DNA of 64,000 nt. Source: an uncultured cyanobacterium (GTDB lineage Bacteria; Cyanobacteriota; Cyanobacteriia; Cyanobacteriales; CAWCAG01). The notes under the pieces are model-generated. The model searched no databases. It was not told the DNA's origin and saw only the letters and a program-made list of their open reading frames with translations. The translations under genes and the position numbers were made by a program. The stretch covers positions 864,001-928,000 of the forward strand of contig CAWCAG010000005.1 of the NCBI GenBank assembly GCA_963793425.1, given 5' to 3'. This document shows, in pieces, positions 11,030 through 21,080 of this stretch (position 1 is its first letter; the number at the start of each line of letters is the position of its first letter).

Positions 11030-12435
11030 TTAGTTAATCTGTTTTGCTGACTCTGTTTTTGGGGAATCAAATTCCTTGATAAAATTGATAGCTGTGTTTA
11101 AAGAGGGGATTTTCCCTTTTTCCGTTGCTCCAACCACTGTAACAGGCTTTTCTGGGGATACCGACCCCTTCAACCAACGCTTACCGAAGTTGGGATGGCG
11201 ATAGAGATCCATTTTCTGGGAACTAGAGTTAGTGAGAATTATATGGGTAGGAGCTTGAAAAAAACTGGCGCTTTGGGCTAACAATGAGTCTAGTCGGTGT
11301 ACTTCAACTGATTTTAAAGTTCTGATCACCTGAATTAAGGTCTTACCTAATTGCTGCATACCTTGGCGCTTTTGCTGATTAACTTTATCAAGGTTTTGGG
11401 ATTGTAAGTTGTGGACGATATTAATCAGATTGTGTCGAGTGGCGATCGCATCGCTAAAGGGAAAGACTGCTAGATAAGCGATAATAAATAGTTGGTCATT
11501 GCTGTCAACCCGGAATTTCAAGGTGGTTTTACGCCCTTTGACTTCAATGGTGGGGGGTTGGCTTAAACCAGGGTGAACTAAGGAAATTTGTCGGTAAATT
11601 GCGGCTAAGGCGAGATTAGCATTAAAATCTAGGTGAGCATCAATGTTAATTTGGACGGTTGGTAAGGTTTCTTCAAAAAAACTTTTAAGTTTTTCTGGAG
11701 TAAATTTGTGAATTTGACGGCGATCGCCATCAGAACTTAAATCCACCCATTCACACACTAAACCTTCCGTTTTCAGCCCAAAACGAGAAACACCATAAAG
11801 TTTGGCCCTGTTAAAGTGGCCCCGGTTAAGTCAGCACCAATCCAATCTGCTTCCATTAAATTAGCTTGGGTAAGATTAGCATGAACCAAACTGGTGTTGC
11901 GTAAGTTAGCATTACTAAGGTTTGCTCCCACCAAGTTGGCCCCACTTAACTTAGCTCCTTGTAAATCTGCCCAGCTTAAATCTGCCCCTTGTAAATCTGC
12001 CCAGCGCAAATTAGCCCCTCTTAAGTCACAACCGCTTAACTTAGCACGGTTCAAAGCTGTTTGGCGCAATTCAGCCCCTCTGAGGTTAGCAGAGATTAAT
12101 TCGCTACGGCGTAGGTTGGCTCCATTAAGGTTAGCCTTTTCTAAATTAGTACGATTGAGGCAAGCCCCTTGAAGATTGGCTTGGCTTAAGCTACTATGAC
12201 TCAGGTTGGCATCGGATAAATCTGCACTATTGCTAATTATGGCCACATTGAGTTGGGCATAACTGAGGTTGGTACGCTTTAAAATAGCACCGTTTAAGTT
12301 AGCCGCATTTAAGTTAGCTTCAGTTAGATTTGCCCCACTGAGGTTTATGCTGCTCAAGTTTTGCTCTTTGAGGTCAACACCAGTAAAGTCCCTGATTCCA
12401 GAAGTATATCTCTTAGCGAGTTCGATAGCTTTCAT
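11030..12435 (-). CDS. Pentapeptide-repeat protein with C-terminal domain; single gene split by a frameshift near 11805
   Basis: A(D/N)Lxx repeats. Adding one G gives ...GATLTGAKLYGVSRFGLKTEGLVCEWVDLS, joining ORFs 11773-12435 and 11030-11758. Confidence 0.85.
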
Positions 12436-12611
12436 TAAAATTTCTCTTGGAAAAATTGCAAAAATTGCAAGTTGGTTTTGTGTCGGGCAACACCTCGTAG
12501 TTAAGATTTATGAGCAGAACAACTAATAAACAGAATTTAGCTAAGCTATTTTTACCTACAGGTAGTATAAACAGAATTCCCAAAGGAACTTCTTCTTAAG
12601 CAAGGGTAAAA

Positions 12612-13463
12612 ATGAAAGTAGGAATCGTTGGCTTAGGTTTGATCGGTGGCTCATTAGGGCTAGACTTGCGATCGCTAGGTTTTGAGGTTTTGGGTATCTC
12701 TCGTCGAGAAAAAACCTGTAGCCGAGCTTTAGACAAGAAGATAGTGGATGAGGCTAGTGTTAGTTTGAGCCTACTGAGAAAAGCTGATCTTGTCTTTGTT
12801 TGTACTCCTCTGACTGCGATCGCAGCTACAGTAGAACGGTTGATTCCCTATCTTAACCCCGATGCTATCATTACTGATGTTGGTTCGGTTAAGATGCCAA
12901 TTATAGACCCTTGTTCGCGGTTATGGGCTAATTTTGTGGGGGGACATCCCATGGCAGGAACGGCTGAACAAGGTATCGCAGCAGCACAAAAGCAATTATT
13001 TTCTGGTGCAGCTTATGTTCTCACCCCCAATCCCAGAACTTCTGTAACTGCGCTACAAAGAGTTCAAGAAATTGCTCAATCACTGGGAGCAAAAACTTAT
13101 ATTTGTTCCCCAGAAATTCATGATAAAGCTGTAGCTTGGATTTCTCATCTACCTTTGATGGTAAGTGCTGGTTTAATCTCTTCTTGTGTAGCGGAAGCAG
13201 AACCAGAGGTGTTAGAGTTAGCTAGGAAATTAGCTAGTTCTGGATTTCGAGATACTAGCAGGGTGGGGGGAGGGAATCCTGAATTAGGTTTAATGATTGC
13301 TCGCTATAATCGCCAAGCTCTACTGAGATCACTTTATCAATACCGTCATAGTTTAAACTCTATAATAGAAGACATAGAGCAAGAAGATTGGGGGCATTTG
13401 GAGGAATTCTTGACTTCAACTAAGCAAGAAAGACCTTTATTTATCAATAATCCTCCTCCGTAA
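12612..13463 (+). CDS. tyrA: Prephenate/arogenate dehydrogenase
   Basis: GLGLIGGS, TDVGSVK, GGHPMAG, HD...ISHLP and GFRDTSR motifs. Confidence 0.95.
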   Translation: MKVGIVGLGLIGGSLGLDLRSLGFEVLGISRREKTCSRALDKKIVDEASVSLSLLRKADLVFVCTPLTAIAATVERLIPYLNPDAIITDVGSVKMPIIDPCSRLWANFVGGHPMAGTAEQGIAAAQKQLFSGAAYVLTPNPRTSVTALQRVQEIAQSLGAKTYICSPEIHDKAVAWISHLPLMVSAGLISSCVAEAEPEVLELARKLASSGFRDTSRVGGGNPELGLMIARYNRQALLRSLYQYRHSLNSIIEDIEQEDWGHLEEFLTSTKQERPLFINNPPP

Positions 13464-13697
13464 GTTCAAGGGTACTATCTATTCCAGCAAATATTTCCCA
13501 TAATTAGGATTATTTTATCTGCCCAGGTTTGGTTGAAATCGCTCTACTGGAACCCTAGCAGCAGAGTCATCAGGTTATTTTTTTACCACTTAATTCATCT
13601 ACTTTAAAAAAACTTATTCTTCTTCCTTTTTTGTTTTTCAATTTTAATTATTGCTAAACAAAAAGGTTGATCATTCAATCAGGAAAACCTGGTTTTA

Positions 13698-14420
13698 ATG
13701 CTGAAGTTAAACCATAAGAATTATAGTTTTTTTTACTTTATTGAGAAAATTAAGGAAACAGAGCCAGTGAAAATCTCTACTTTTGCATTATCAATTAAAA
13801 AGAATAATTTTACTAACCAAGGGGAGAAAGATAAGCAAAGAATAGTAAAAGGCTACTTTTTAAGTATATCTAATTCAGAAAATCGAGATTTTAGATTAAG
13901 AATAGAGTTTACTTTAACCCAGATTAGTTCGCCTCCTGAACATAGTAATTTTGACGAAAAAGTTATTTTGGCTTGTGACTTAGGAGGGCAAGTTACTTAT
14001 CTTCCTTTAAATCAATCTCCTACTAACAAAAATAAGTACAGTAGTTATTTCACTATTCCTGCTACAGAAACAGTCTCTATTGAACTACTTCCTGAACTCA
14101 CTAATAATCTGTTGTCTTATAACGGTGACTTAGAAGCAAGCGGCTTTGTCTCTTTATTGTTGCCAGCTAATCTCAATTTTTTAACTTATCGTGTTGAGTC
14201 TCAAACTCAAACACCTATTGAATTTGGCTTACATCCAGAAATACGCAGCGCAATTGTTCAAGCTGATGTAGCTGTTAAAAGTCCTGCTCATCTTGATTTT
14301 AACGAAGTTGTTGCCAGACTAGAAACTGCTGATAAAAAGCCTTGTATTTATTTGGAACCAGAACCAGGTTATCCCCTCTTTTTCCAGCCAGATATTATTG
14401 CCAATATTTCTTTACCTTGA
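13698..14420 (+). CDS. Hypothetical protein (likely start GTG at 13767)
   Basis: 240-aa ORF; in-frame GTG preceded by AAGGA; no recognised domain. Confidence 0.65.
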   Translation: MLKLNHKNYSFFYFIEKIKETEPVKISTFALSIKKNNFTNQGEKDKQRIVKGYFLSISNSENRDFRLRIEFTLTQISSPPEHSNFDEKVILACDLGGQVTYLPLNQSPTNKNKYSSYFTIPATETVSIELLPELTNNLLSYNGDLEASGFVSLLLPANLNFLTYRVESQTQTPIEFGLHPEIRSAIVQADVAVKSPAHLDFNEVVARLETADKKPCIYLEPEPGYPLFFQPDIIANISLP

Positions 14421-14429
14421 CTATTGCCT

Positions 14430-14462
14430 TTGAAGAGACTTTGCAGCCAAAGCCTCTTCAAA
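14430..14462. terminator. Hairpin between convergent genes, possible bidirectional terminator
   Basis: TTGAAGAG-ACTTTG-CAGC-CAAAGC-CTCTTCAA. Confidence 0.6.
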
Positions 14463-14469
14463 CTTTAAC

Positions 14470-14955
14470 TTAAGCAAGAAGCGTATACTCAAGTACATCA
14501 TAATCGCTGCCCCGGAGTACAGACTCTGTTTGTTTCCCTCTTAGTCGCTTACTCAAAAAAGCTTCTAATATCCCTTGAATAGCTCCTAAAGTATAAGTAC
14601 ATTGACGAGGAGAATTTTCTTCTTCACTAAAAGAACAAACAGTTTCTCTAGAATAAACTTTGTAGACTTCTTCTTCGACAACAATTTTATCAATTATGCA
14701 AAGGCGAGTCCCTTCTTTTCCTAAAGCTTTAGTTGCTAAAGATTGAATTTCTATAAGGCTTATTTCCCCTTCTTTACCTGTTAAGCCTAACTCTTCAGCC
14801 AACTGTTTACCTCTTTGACGGCCGGCAGAAATCATCGCGATCATAGCAGCCTTCTCTCCTAAAGCTTCTTCAACACCGTAGATAATTGCTTTAAGGCAAA
14901 CCACGCTATTAAAGTTACCCAATTCTGTTCTTAATGATTTTTGAGCAATAGACAT
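14470..14955 (-). CDS. V4R (hydrocarbon-binding) domain protein
   Basis: ETVCS...CTYTLGAIQGILEAF...QTESVLRG pattern typical of V4R. Confidence 0.8.
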   Translation of the reverse strand: MSIAQKSLRTELGNFNSVVCLKAIIYGVEEALGEKAAMIAMISAGRQRGKQLAEELGLTGKEGEISLIEIQSLATKALGKEGTRLCIIDKIVVEEEVYKVYSRETVCSFSEEENSPRQCTYTLGAIQGILEAFLSKRLRGKQTESVLRGSDYDVLEYTLLA

Positions 14956-15008
14956 ATTATTTCCTCTTCAGTTATTAGATTTGCTGGTATTTTGCTAGTA
15001 AGATGGCA

Positions 15009-15863
15009 CTAAACTTTGTTGCGTAAAAAACCGACTAAGTTATTCAAAAAAGATTCACTAATATCTTGACTGGACTCTGTCTTTGCTACCCCTGATGGCA
15101 TTACTTCTGCTTGAGAATTTTGGATTGTATTTTCCAACGATAGCAATGGTAATTCTTCTACTAAACCCACTACGATTAAGCGAAAAGAAATTTGCTGTAC
15201 TTGGGCGATGCTTAACTTAAGCTGTTGGCTAACTTTTTTAAGGGAAGTAGCACCGTCGGTAAATTCCCAAACCTGCCATTCTTGTTGGTTGAGGCGAACT
15301 TTAGGTTTACCTTCTACTTGGTTGAATAAAGCCGAAGTAGATTCAGGGAGTTTATTTTGGAGATTTGACCAATCTTTAAGGGCCCGTAAACCTGCTAAGG
15401 TAACTTCTGTAGCTGGGGTGCTTAAACCTGTCATTTCTGCCCAAGGTAGAGGTGCTTGGTTATTAAACTCAAAACTACCATTGGGATAGGTAAATAAGGC
15501 ACAGACTTGACGCAAAACCTGCACAGAAAAGAGAATTTTTAATTGTTCTGGTTGTAATATTCCTTGGGATTTAAGCTGCAAACCTAAAGGAGCATCCGCA
15601 GACAAGTTTTGACTTAATTGAGCAGCTACATCCTTGCTTAACCAGCCACGTTTATGAATCGAAGCAAGCAAACCTTGGCCGTCCAGACGGTTTGCAGCAC
15701 CCATGATACGACCTTGACGGAACCAAACATAGTGGCTTTGGATTACTCCTGACTCAAGGTTTGGTTGGGCGCGAATAGTTAGCAGTCCGGTTTTGTTGCC
15801 TCCGTCGAGAAACTGAAACAACTCTGCTAAGGAAAATTCTGATAAATATCCAGTAATAGCCAT
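15009..15863 (-). CDS. DUF4388/PATAN domain protein with C-terminal winged-helix-like segment
   Basis: MAITGYLSEFSLAELFQFL...KTGLLTI...WFRQGRI; C-terminal WQVWEFTDG...LIVVGLVEE. Confidence 0.88.
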   Translation of the reverse strand: MAITGYLSEFSLAELFQFLDGGNKTGLLTIRAQPNLESGVIQSHYVWFRQGRIMGAANRLDGQGLLASIHKRGWLSKDVAAQLSQNLSADAPLGLQLKSQGILQPEQLKILFSVQVLRQVCALFTYPNGSFEFNNQAPLPWAEMTGLSTPATEVTLAGLRALKDWSNLQNKLPESTSALFNQVEGKPKVRLNQQEWQVWEFTDGATSLKKVSQQLKLSIAQVQQISFRLIVVGLVEELPLLSLENTIQNSQAEVMPSGVAKTESSQDISESFLNNLVGFLRNKV

Positions 15864-15874
15864 AGTCTTTTTAA

Positions 15875-16414
15875 CTAAACCAAGGTTGTTTGCCTCAACT
15901 GCTGTACCAAAGCAATGATTGCTTGGGCAACAGAAGCAGACTCATTAGCATTGACTTTGATTATGAGCGGGCGTTTACTTTCGTCTAAAAATCCTAAAGC
16001 AACAGCAATATTCTCTTCTTGCCATGCCCCCTGGCAGTCACCATGGGTAATACCAATAATCATCGGTACTTGGGCCCGCTGATTCATGAAACTCATGATG
16101 CGTCGTGCATAACGAAATTCATTAGGACGATGGGCAGCCACCAAAATAATATAGGCATGGGCTTTGCGAATGAGAATATCCCACATAAAATTGAATCTTA
16201 CTTGCCCAGGTGTACCGTAAAGATGCAGTGCCATATCTAACCCGAATTGCAATCTGCCAAAGTCAAAAGCAACAGTGGTTTGAGGTTTAAGGTTCGTTGT
16301 TTCGTCAGTAGCTTTTCTATCGGTGTCTACTACTTCAATTTCACTAACAGAACGAATGAAGCTAGATTTTCCCGCTCCTACAGGCCCTGTAACGACCAAG
16401 CGCATTATTTCCAT
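15875..16414 (-). CDS. MglA/CvnD-like small GTPase (ATP_bind_1 family)
   Basis: G1 GPVGAGKS, TTVAFDFG, G3 LYGTPGQ; G4 is the non-canonical THGD. Start at the ATG at 16414. Confidence 0.93.
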   Translation of the reverse strand: MEIMRLVVTGPVGAGKSSFIRSVSEIEVVDTDRKATDETTNLKPQTTVAFDFGRLQFGLDMALHLYGTPGQVRFNFMWDILIRKAHAYIILVAAHRPNEFRYARRIMSFMNQRAQVPMIIGITHGDCQGAWQEENIAVALGFLDESKRPLIIKVNANESASVAQAIIALVQQLRQTTLV

Positions 16415-16459
16415 GAGTTTGTTGGCGTAGGCAGTTATCAATTAGTTAATGATTAGTCC

Positions 16460-16831
16460 CTATGTTAAGGCTGGTTTTAGCTCGGTGATAGCTCGCTTGA
16501 TTTCTAGCATTAGCACACCTTGTTTGGCAGCTTTATTGGCTAGGACTAAGAAGACTGCATCTTCACCACAACTGGTTAAAATACCGTAACCGGCATCTCC
16601 TTCGACATAGATTCTGTCTACCATGCCTCGCTCTAATTCGCTGGAGATTCTTTCCCCTAATGATAACATTGCAGCAGACATGGCGGAAACTCTTTCTTCA
16701 TCCATGTTGCCAGGTAAAATTGTTGCTAAGGGTAAGCCATCAGGAGTGACTAAGGCGGCCCCAACAACATCGCTGGTGGCAGTGACAAAGTTTTGAATGA
16801 TACTGCCTAGTTTTTCTGTATTAATTGCCAT
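16460..16831 (-). CDS. Roadblock/LC7 (MglB-like) protein
   Basis: GAALVTPDGLPLA...VSAMSAAMLSLG...LGVL-type signature (KQGVL). Confidence 0.93.
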   Translation of the reverse strand: MAINTEKLGSIIQNFVTATSDVVGAALVTPDGLPLATILPGNMDEERVSAMSAAMLSLGERISSELERGMVDRIYVEGDAGYGILTSCGEDAVFLVLANKAAKQGVLMLEIKRAITELKPALT

Positions 16832-17313
16832 AAATTTTTCCTTTTCTTCTTTTAATTGATTTGCTAAGACTTATAGAATTGAAGTTTAAGAAAAGAAGGA
16901 ATATTTTGATGCTATTTGGCGATAGTTTTTGTGAATAAACTCTTTTGAGTAGTAATTTTTTCTAGCTAAAAAGTCTGGAGATAGTAACATGAACAAACCT
17001 CTTCTTTTGTACTATTTATTTTTCGTAGACCCTGAAAGCTAGTTTAACTAAATTAATTTGCTGGTTTCGACATTTTTCTTGATTGCATAACAAGTTTTTC
17101 ACTCTTAAAAAAGAAAAAATAATGTCGAACGTGATATTTTTGATGTTACTGCACACCTTAGAGAAAATCAACTATCCAGTCTTAATTCTTCTCTTTTATA
17201 ATGACTTAGGATATCCTACAGAGTTATTACTTGTTTTCCGGACAAACGACTAAGTGTCGGGGGAGTTGTGGGGAGGGGATAACCATAAAATATCTTCTTA
17301 ATCACATTTATTA

Positions 17314-18042
17314 TTAGTTAATAGCAATTGAACGTATTCCTAAAAAAATAAGTTGTGAATCTACAAGTAAATTTTCTTTTAATACAGGAAACTGAGCTTT
17401 TAAATAAGTCAATAGTAATTCTCCATCACCTCCAGTAAAAACAATCTGGCTGTGAGGAAACTTACGTTGCCAATCTTGAATAAAATCGTAGATTCCTGCT
17501 GTAAGAACACGAGTAATACCAGAGGCGATCGCCTCTTTCGTTTCTAGGGCCCATCTTGCTGGTACTTGTTTTGGTAATTGTATTTGCGGTAAGCCAGGGG
17601 TTTGTTGCTGCAAGGCTTTTAATTGCAAGCCTAAGCCTGGTAATATTGCTCCGCCGAGTATTTCTCCTTGGGGGTTTGCACCAGTGAAAGTTAAAGCTGT
17701 TCCTCCATCAATGACTAAAACCGGAAAACCATAGACGCAACCAGCCCCCCATAAAGCCAAAGCGCGATCTAAGCCCAGTGTTGGGTACATTCCGGAAAGA
17801 GGAACATCTTTTAAGGTAAGGAGTTTTTTCCGTTGATAGTTTTGCCACAAGGCGGTTTGGGAAGGGACGACAGAGGCAATATACAAAGGGAGGGTAGATA
17901 ATTCTTCTGGTAGTTGATTTTTTTCCACAGCTTTTTGGAGATGGGGAGTATGCCAAGTTTGGTGTAAGGCATTGTCTTTGAATAAAGCCCAATGCAGCCG
18001 CGAGTTACCGATGGCAAGAGCTAAACATTTATCATTTATCAT
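17314..18042 (-). CDS. coaX: Type III pantothenate kinase
   Basis: IGNSRLHW, LGLDR, VIDGGTALT, GGAILPG and TGGDG motifs. Confidence 0.93.
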   Translation of the reverse strand: MINDKCLALAIGNSRLHWALFKDNALHQTWHTPHLQKAVEKNQLPEELSTLPLYIASVVPSQTALWQNYQRKKLLTLKDVPLSGMYPTLGLDRALALWGAGCVYGFPVLVIDGGTALTFTGANPQGEILGGAILPGLGLQLKALQQQTPGLPQIQLPKQVPARWALETKEAIASGITRVLTAGIYDFIQDWQRKFPHSQIVFTGGDGELLLTYLKAQFPVLKENLLVDSQLIFLGIRSIAIN

Positions 18043-18125
18043 TTATCATTGATTCTGTTCTCTATTATGAAAGCAGCACTGTATAATTGGAAGTGAAACT
18101 TGCGATTAGTTTTTTAAAAGTTGAT

Positions 18126-18483
18126 ATGGCAAATTTAAAACCGCTTCAGTCTAGTTCCTTAAAAAATTTACAAGTAACTCTTTTACTGGAAATACTAACT
18201 TCTGGGCAAGTTTTAGCATCAGTTTTTGAGTTCCCTAACTGTCAAGTGCAAGCCTCAACAAAAGAAGCAGCGATTGCCAAAATATCAGACTGCATTTTTA
18301 GAACGGCTAAAAAACATTGAAGCGATTTCATGGCAAGTACCGATGTCCTCTTCAGAACCAGCTTGGTTGAAGTTTGCAGGTGCTTTTGAAGATGATTCTG
18401 ATTTCGCAGCAATTATGGAATCAATTCGTGCTGAACGAGATTCAGATGATGATTCAGAAGTTGATCCTTCATATTACCTGTAG
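18126..18483 (+). pseudogene. Putative antitoxin (HicB-like N-terminus), frameshifted near 18283
   Basis: ASVFEFPNCQVQASTKEAAIAK continues in another frame as QTAFLERLK...PAWLKFAGAFEDDSDF; lies directly upstream of a PIN gene. Confidence 0.7.
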
Positions 18484-18495
18484 GGGTAGCTAAGG

Positions 18496-18786
18496 GTGCG
18501 TCAATATATCCTGGATACCGATTGCGTTTCGCTGATTTTCTACAATCATCCTCAGATTATTGCTAAAACAACACAATATCAGATTGCAGTTACAATTATT
18601 ACGGTTCAAGAACTATTCAATGGGTGGGTTGGTAAAATTAATGATCCGTCTCTTGCTCATAAATTACCACAACTTTACTCAAAACTGTGGACTACTGTAA
18701 AATACCTACAAACAATTGAGATACTTGATTTTACCCCACAAGCTGATGCCTATCTCAAGAAACTGTTGAAAATTTATTTCTCCTGA
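18496..18786 (+). pseudogene. VapC/PIN toxin, C-terminally truncated
   Basis: YILDTD and TIITVQELFNG are present; the C-terminal D..IAA..T.N..DF catalytic segment is missing. Confidence 0.8.
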
Positions 18787-18861
18787 ACCACCACACTTTG
18801 TGCAATCGATTCTAGGGGCTTCAAACTCACCTCTTCTATCAGGAGGTTTCTCAATACTCAT
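18706..18861 (-). pseudogene. N-terminal fragment of a DnaJ-type zinc-finger protein
   Basis: GAGGA RBS then MSIEKPPDRRGEFEAPRIDCTKCGGSGEI (one CxxCxGxG), after which it runs into the antisense of the PIN gene. Confidence 0.5.
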
Positions 18862-19182
18862 AAACAACAATCCTCTTTAAATTAATTGATTTGCAACTGT
18901 TCCACTTCCTGTTGAGAAAGCAGTGTATATTCGTTAGTTCGTATTCTTTTGAAGCAAATAATCTTCCCCTGAAATATCACCCAGATGAATATTTTGGCCT
19001 TTAATTACCGTATTTCCTGTGGAAATGTGATTTACATTTTAAACCCTTAGTTGGATTGTTGTCTAGATGAGGTTTTTAGCTACTCCTCAAATAACTCATT
19101 TTGATTAAGTTCGGTAAAGATAAATGTGTCACAATAATATGAAAGAAAAATAACCATATAAAAATAATTTAACAGGAGACGG

Positions 19183-20913
19183 TTGATGGTAGCACTTGCC
19201 GAAAAGACGGAAAAGCGGCTGACGATCCAAAAAGCCGAAGTCGCCCCGGATACCCTAACAATACGTTCTTTAGATTGGGACCGTGATCGGTTTGATATTG
19301 AGTTTGGTTTGCAAAATGGTACAACCTATAACTCTTACATCATTAGTGGGGAAAAGACAGCTTTAGTTGATACTTCTCATGGTAAGTTTCGGCAATTATA
19401 TCTTGATGCCCTTAAAGGTGAAATAGACCCCAAAGAGATTGATTATTTAATTATTAGCCATACCGAACCAGATCATAGTGGTTTGGTGAAAGATGTTTTG
19501 GAATTAGCTCCCCAAGCAGTGGTTGTGGGTGCGAAAGTTGCCATCAAATTCCTAGAGGATTTAGTTCACAAACCCTTTGAAAAGTTAGTGGTTAAAAATG
19601 GTGACCAACTAGATTTAGGGAACGGCCATGTTTTAGAATTTGTTAATGCCCCGAATTTACATTGGCCTGACACTATTTTCACCTATGATGCCAAAACTCA
19701 GGTACTTTTCACCTGTGATGCTTTTGGAATGCACTATTGTAGCGATTCTGCCTACGATGAAGATATTAAAGCCATTGAACCAGATTATCGCTTCTATTAT
19801 GAATGTTTGATGGCTCCTAATGCTCGTTCGGTACTTTCGGCTATGAAGCGGATGGATAAATTAGGAGAAGTTGATCTGGTTGCTAATGGTCATGGCCCTT
19901 TGTTGCGTCATAATGTTGGGGAACTTCTGGGACGTTACCGCAGTTGGAGTAAAGCCCAAGCGAAAGCAGAAAAGACAGTAGCAGTATTTTATACCTCAGA
20001 TTATGGTTATAGCGATCGCCTTTCCCAAGCTGTAGCTAAAGGGATTACTAAAACTGGGGTAGCGGTGGAAATGATTGATTTTAAATCTGCTGATACCCAA
20101 GAAGTGCAAGAATTAGTTAACCGTGCTGCTGGTATTGTTATTGGTATGCCCTCTGCATCGGGAGAACATCACCAGGAAATAACTAAAGTTGTTAGCACCA
20201 TTTTAGCTGCGATTAATGGTAAGCAAGTTGTAGGGATGTTTGAATCCTATGGCGGCGATGATGAACCTATAGACCCTTTGTTAACTAAATTTGCGGACTT
20301 AGGACTCAAAAAAGCTTTCCCTTCCATCCGCATCAAAGACAACCCCACCGAAGCTACCTACCAACTTTGTGAAGAAGCGGGAACAGACCTGGGACAGCTT
20401 TTAAGCCGCGACAAAGCGATTAAACAGATGAAGTCCTTAGATAGTGATTTGGACAAAGCTTTAGGGCGCATCAGTGGCGGGCTTTATATTATCACTGCCC
20501 AAAAAGGCGACATTAAAAGTGCTATGCTAGCTTCTTGGGTTTCTCAAGCCAGTTTTGAACCCCCAGGCTTAACTATTGCGGTGGCTAAGGATCGCGCTAT
20601 TGAATCTTTGATGCAAGTAGGCGATAGCTTCATCTTAAATGTCTTAGAAGAAAGTAACTATCAGCATTTGATGCGACACTTCCTGAAGCGTTTTAAGCCG
20701 GGTGCAGATCGTTTTGAGGGGGTTAACACTCAAGCAGCAAATAATGGTTCCCCTATTCTCAGGGATGCTTTAGCTTATTTGGAGTGTAAGGTAGTTAGTC
20801 GTATGGAGTGTAGTGACCATTGGATCGTTTACAGCCAAGTAGAAACCGGTCGTGTTTCCAATACCGAAGCTTTAACCGCAGCACATCATCGTAAGGTTGG
20901 TAATCATTATTAA
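19183..20913 (+). CDS. flv3: Flavodiiron protein, Flv3-type
   Basis: RSLDWDRDRFDIEFGLQNGTTYNS and the diiron motif HTEPDHSG; flavodoxin and flavin reductase domains; ends HHRKVGNHY. Confidence 0.9.
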   Translation: MMVALAEKTEKRLTIQKAEVAPDTLTIRSLDWDRDRFDIEFGLQNGTTYNSYIISGEKTALVDTSHGKFRQLYLDALKGEIDPKEIDYLIISHTEPDHSGLVKDVLELAPQAVVVGAKVAIKFLEDLVHKPFEKLVVKNGDQLDLGNGHVLEFVNAPNLHWPDTIFTYDAKTQVLFTCDAFGMHYCSDSAYDEDIKAIEPDYRFYYECLMAPNARSVLSAMKRMDKLGEVDLVANGHGPLLRHNVGELLGRYRSWSKAQAKAEKTVAVFYTSDYGYSDRLSQAVAKGITKTGVAVEMIDFKSADTQEVQELVNRAAGIVIGMPSASGEHHQEITKVVSTILAAINGKQVVGMFESYGGDDEPIDPLLTKFADLGLKKAFPSIRIKDNPTEATYQLCEEAGTDLGQLLSRDKAIKQMKSLDSDLDKALGRISGGLYIITAQKGDIKSAMLASWVSQASFEPPGLTIAVAKDRAIESLMQVGDSFILNVLEESNYQHLMRHFLKRFKPGADRFEGVNTQAANNGSPILRDALAYLECKVVSRMECSDHWIVYSQVETGRVSNTEALTAAHHRKVGNHY

Positions 20914-21080
20914 ATAGGGAGTAGGGAGTAGGGAGTAGGCAGCGGGAAAAAGTAGCTGTTATTTCCCTTTTCCCTGTTTTCTATTCCCTCTTTGGATTTC
21001 AAAGTTATATTTGCCAATTGCTGTGAAGTCTTTATAATAATCATTGATACCTAAATAACAGTCCTTATGTACTGAGGTAA

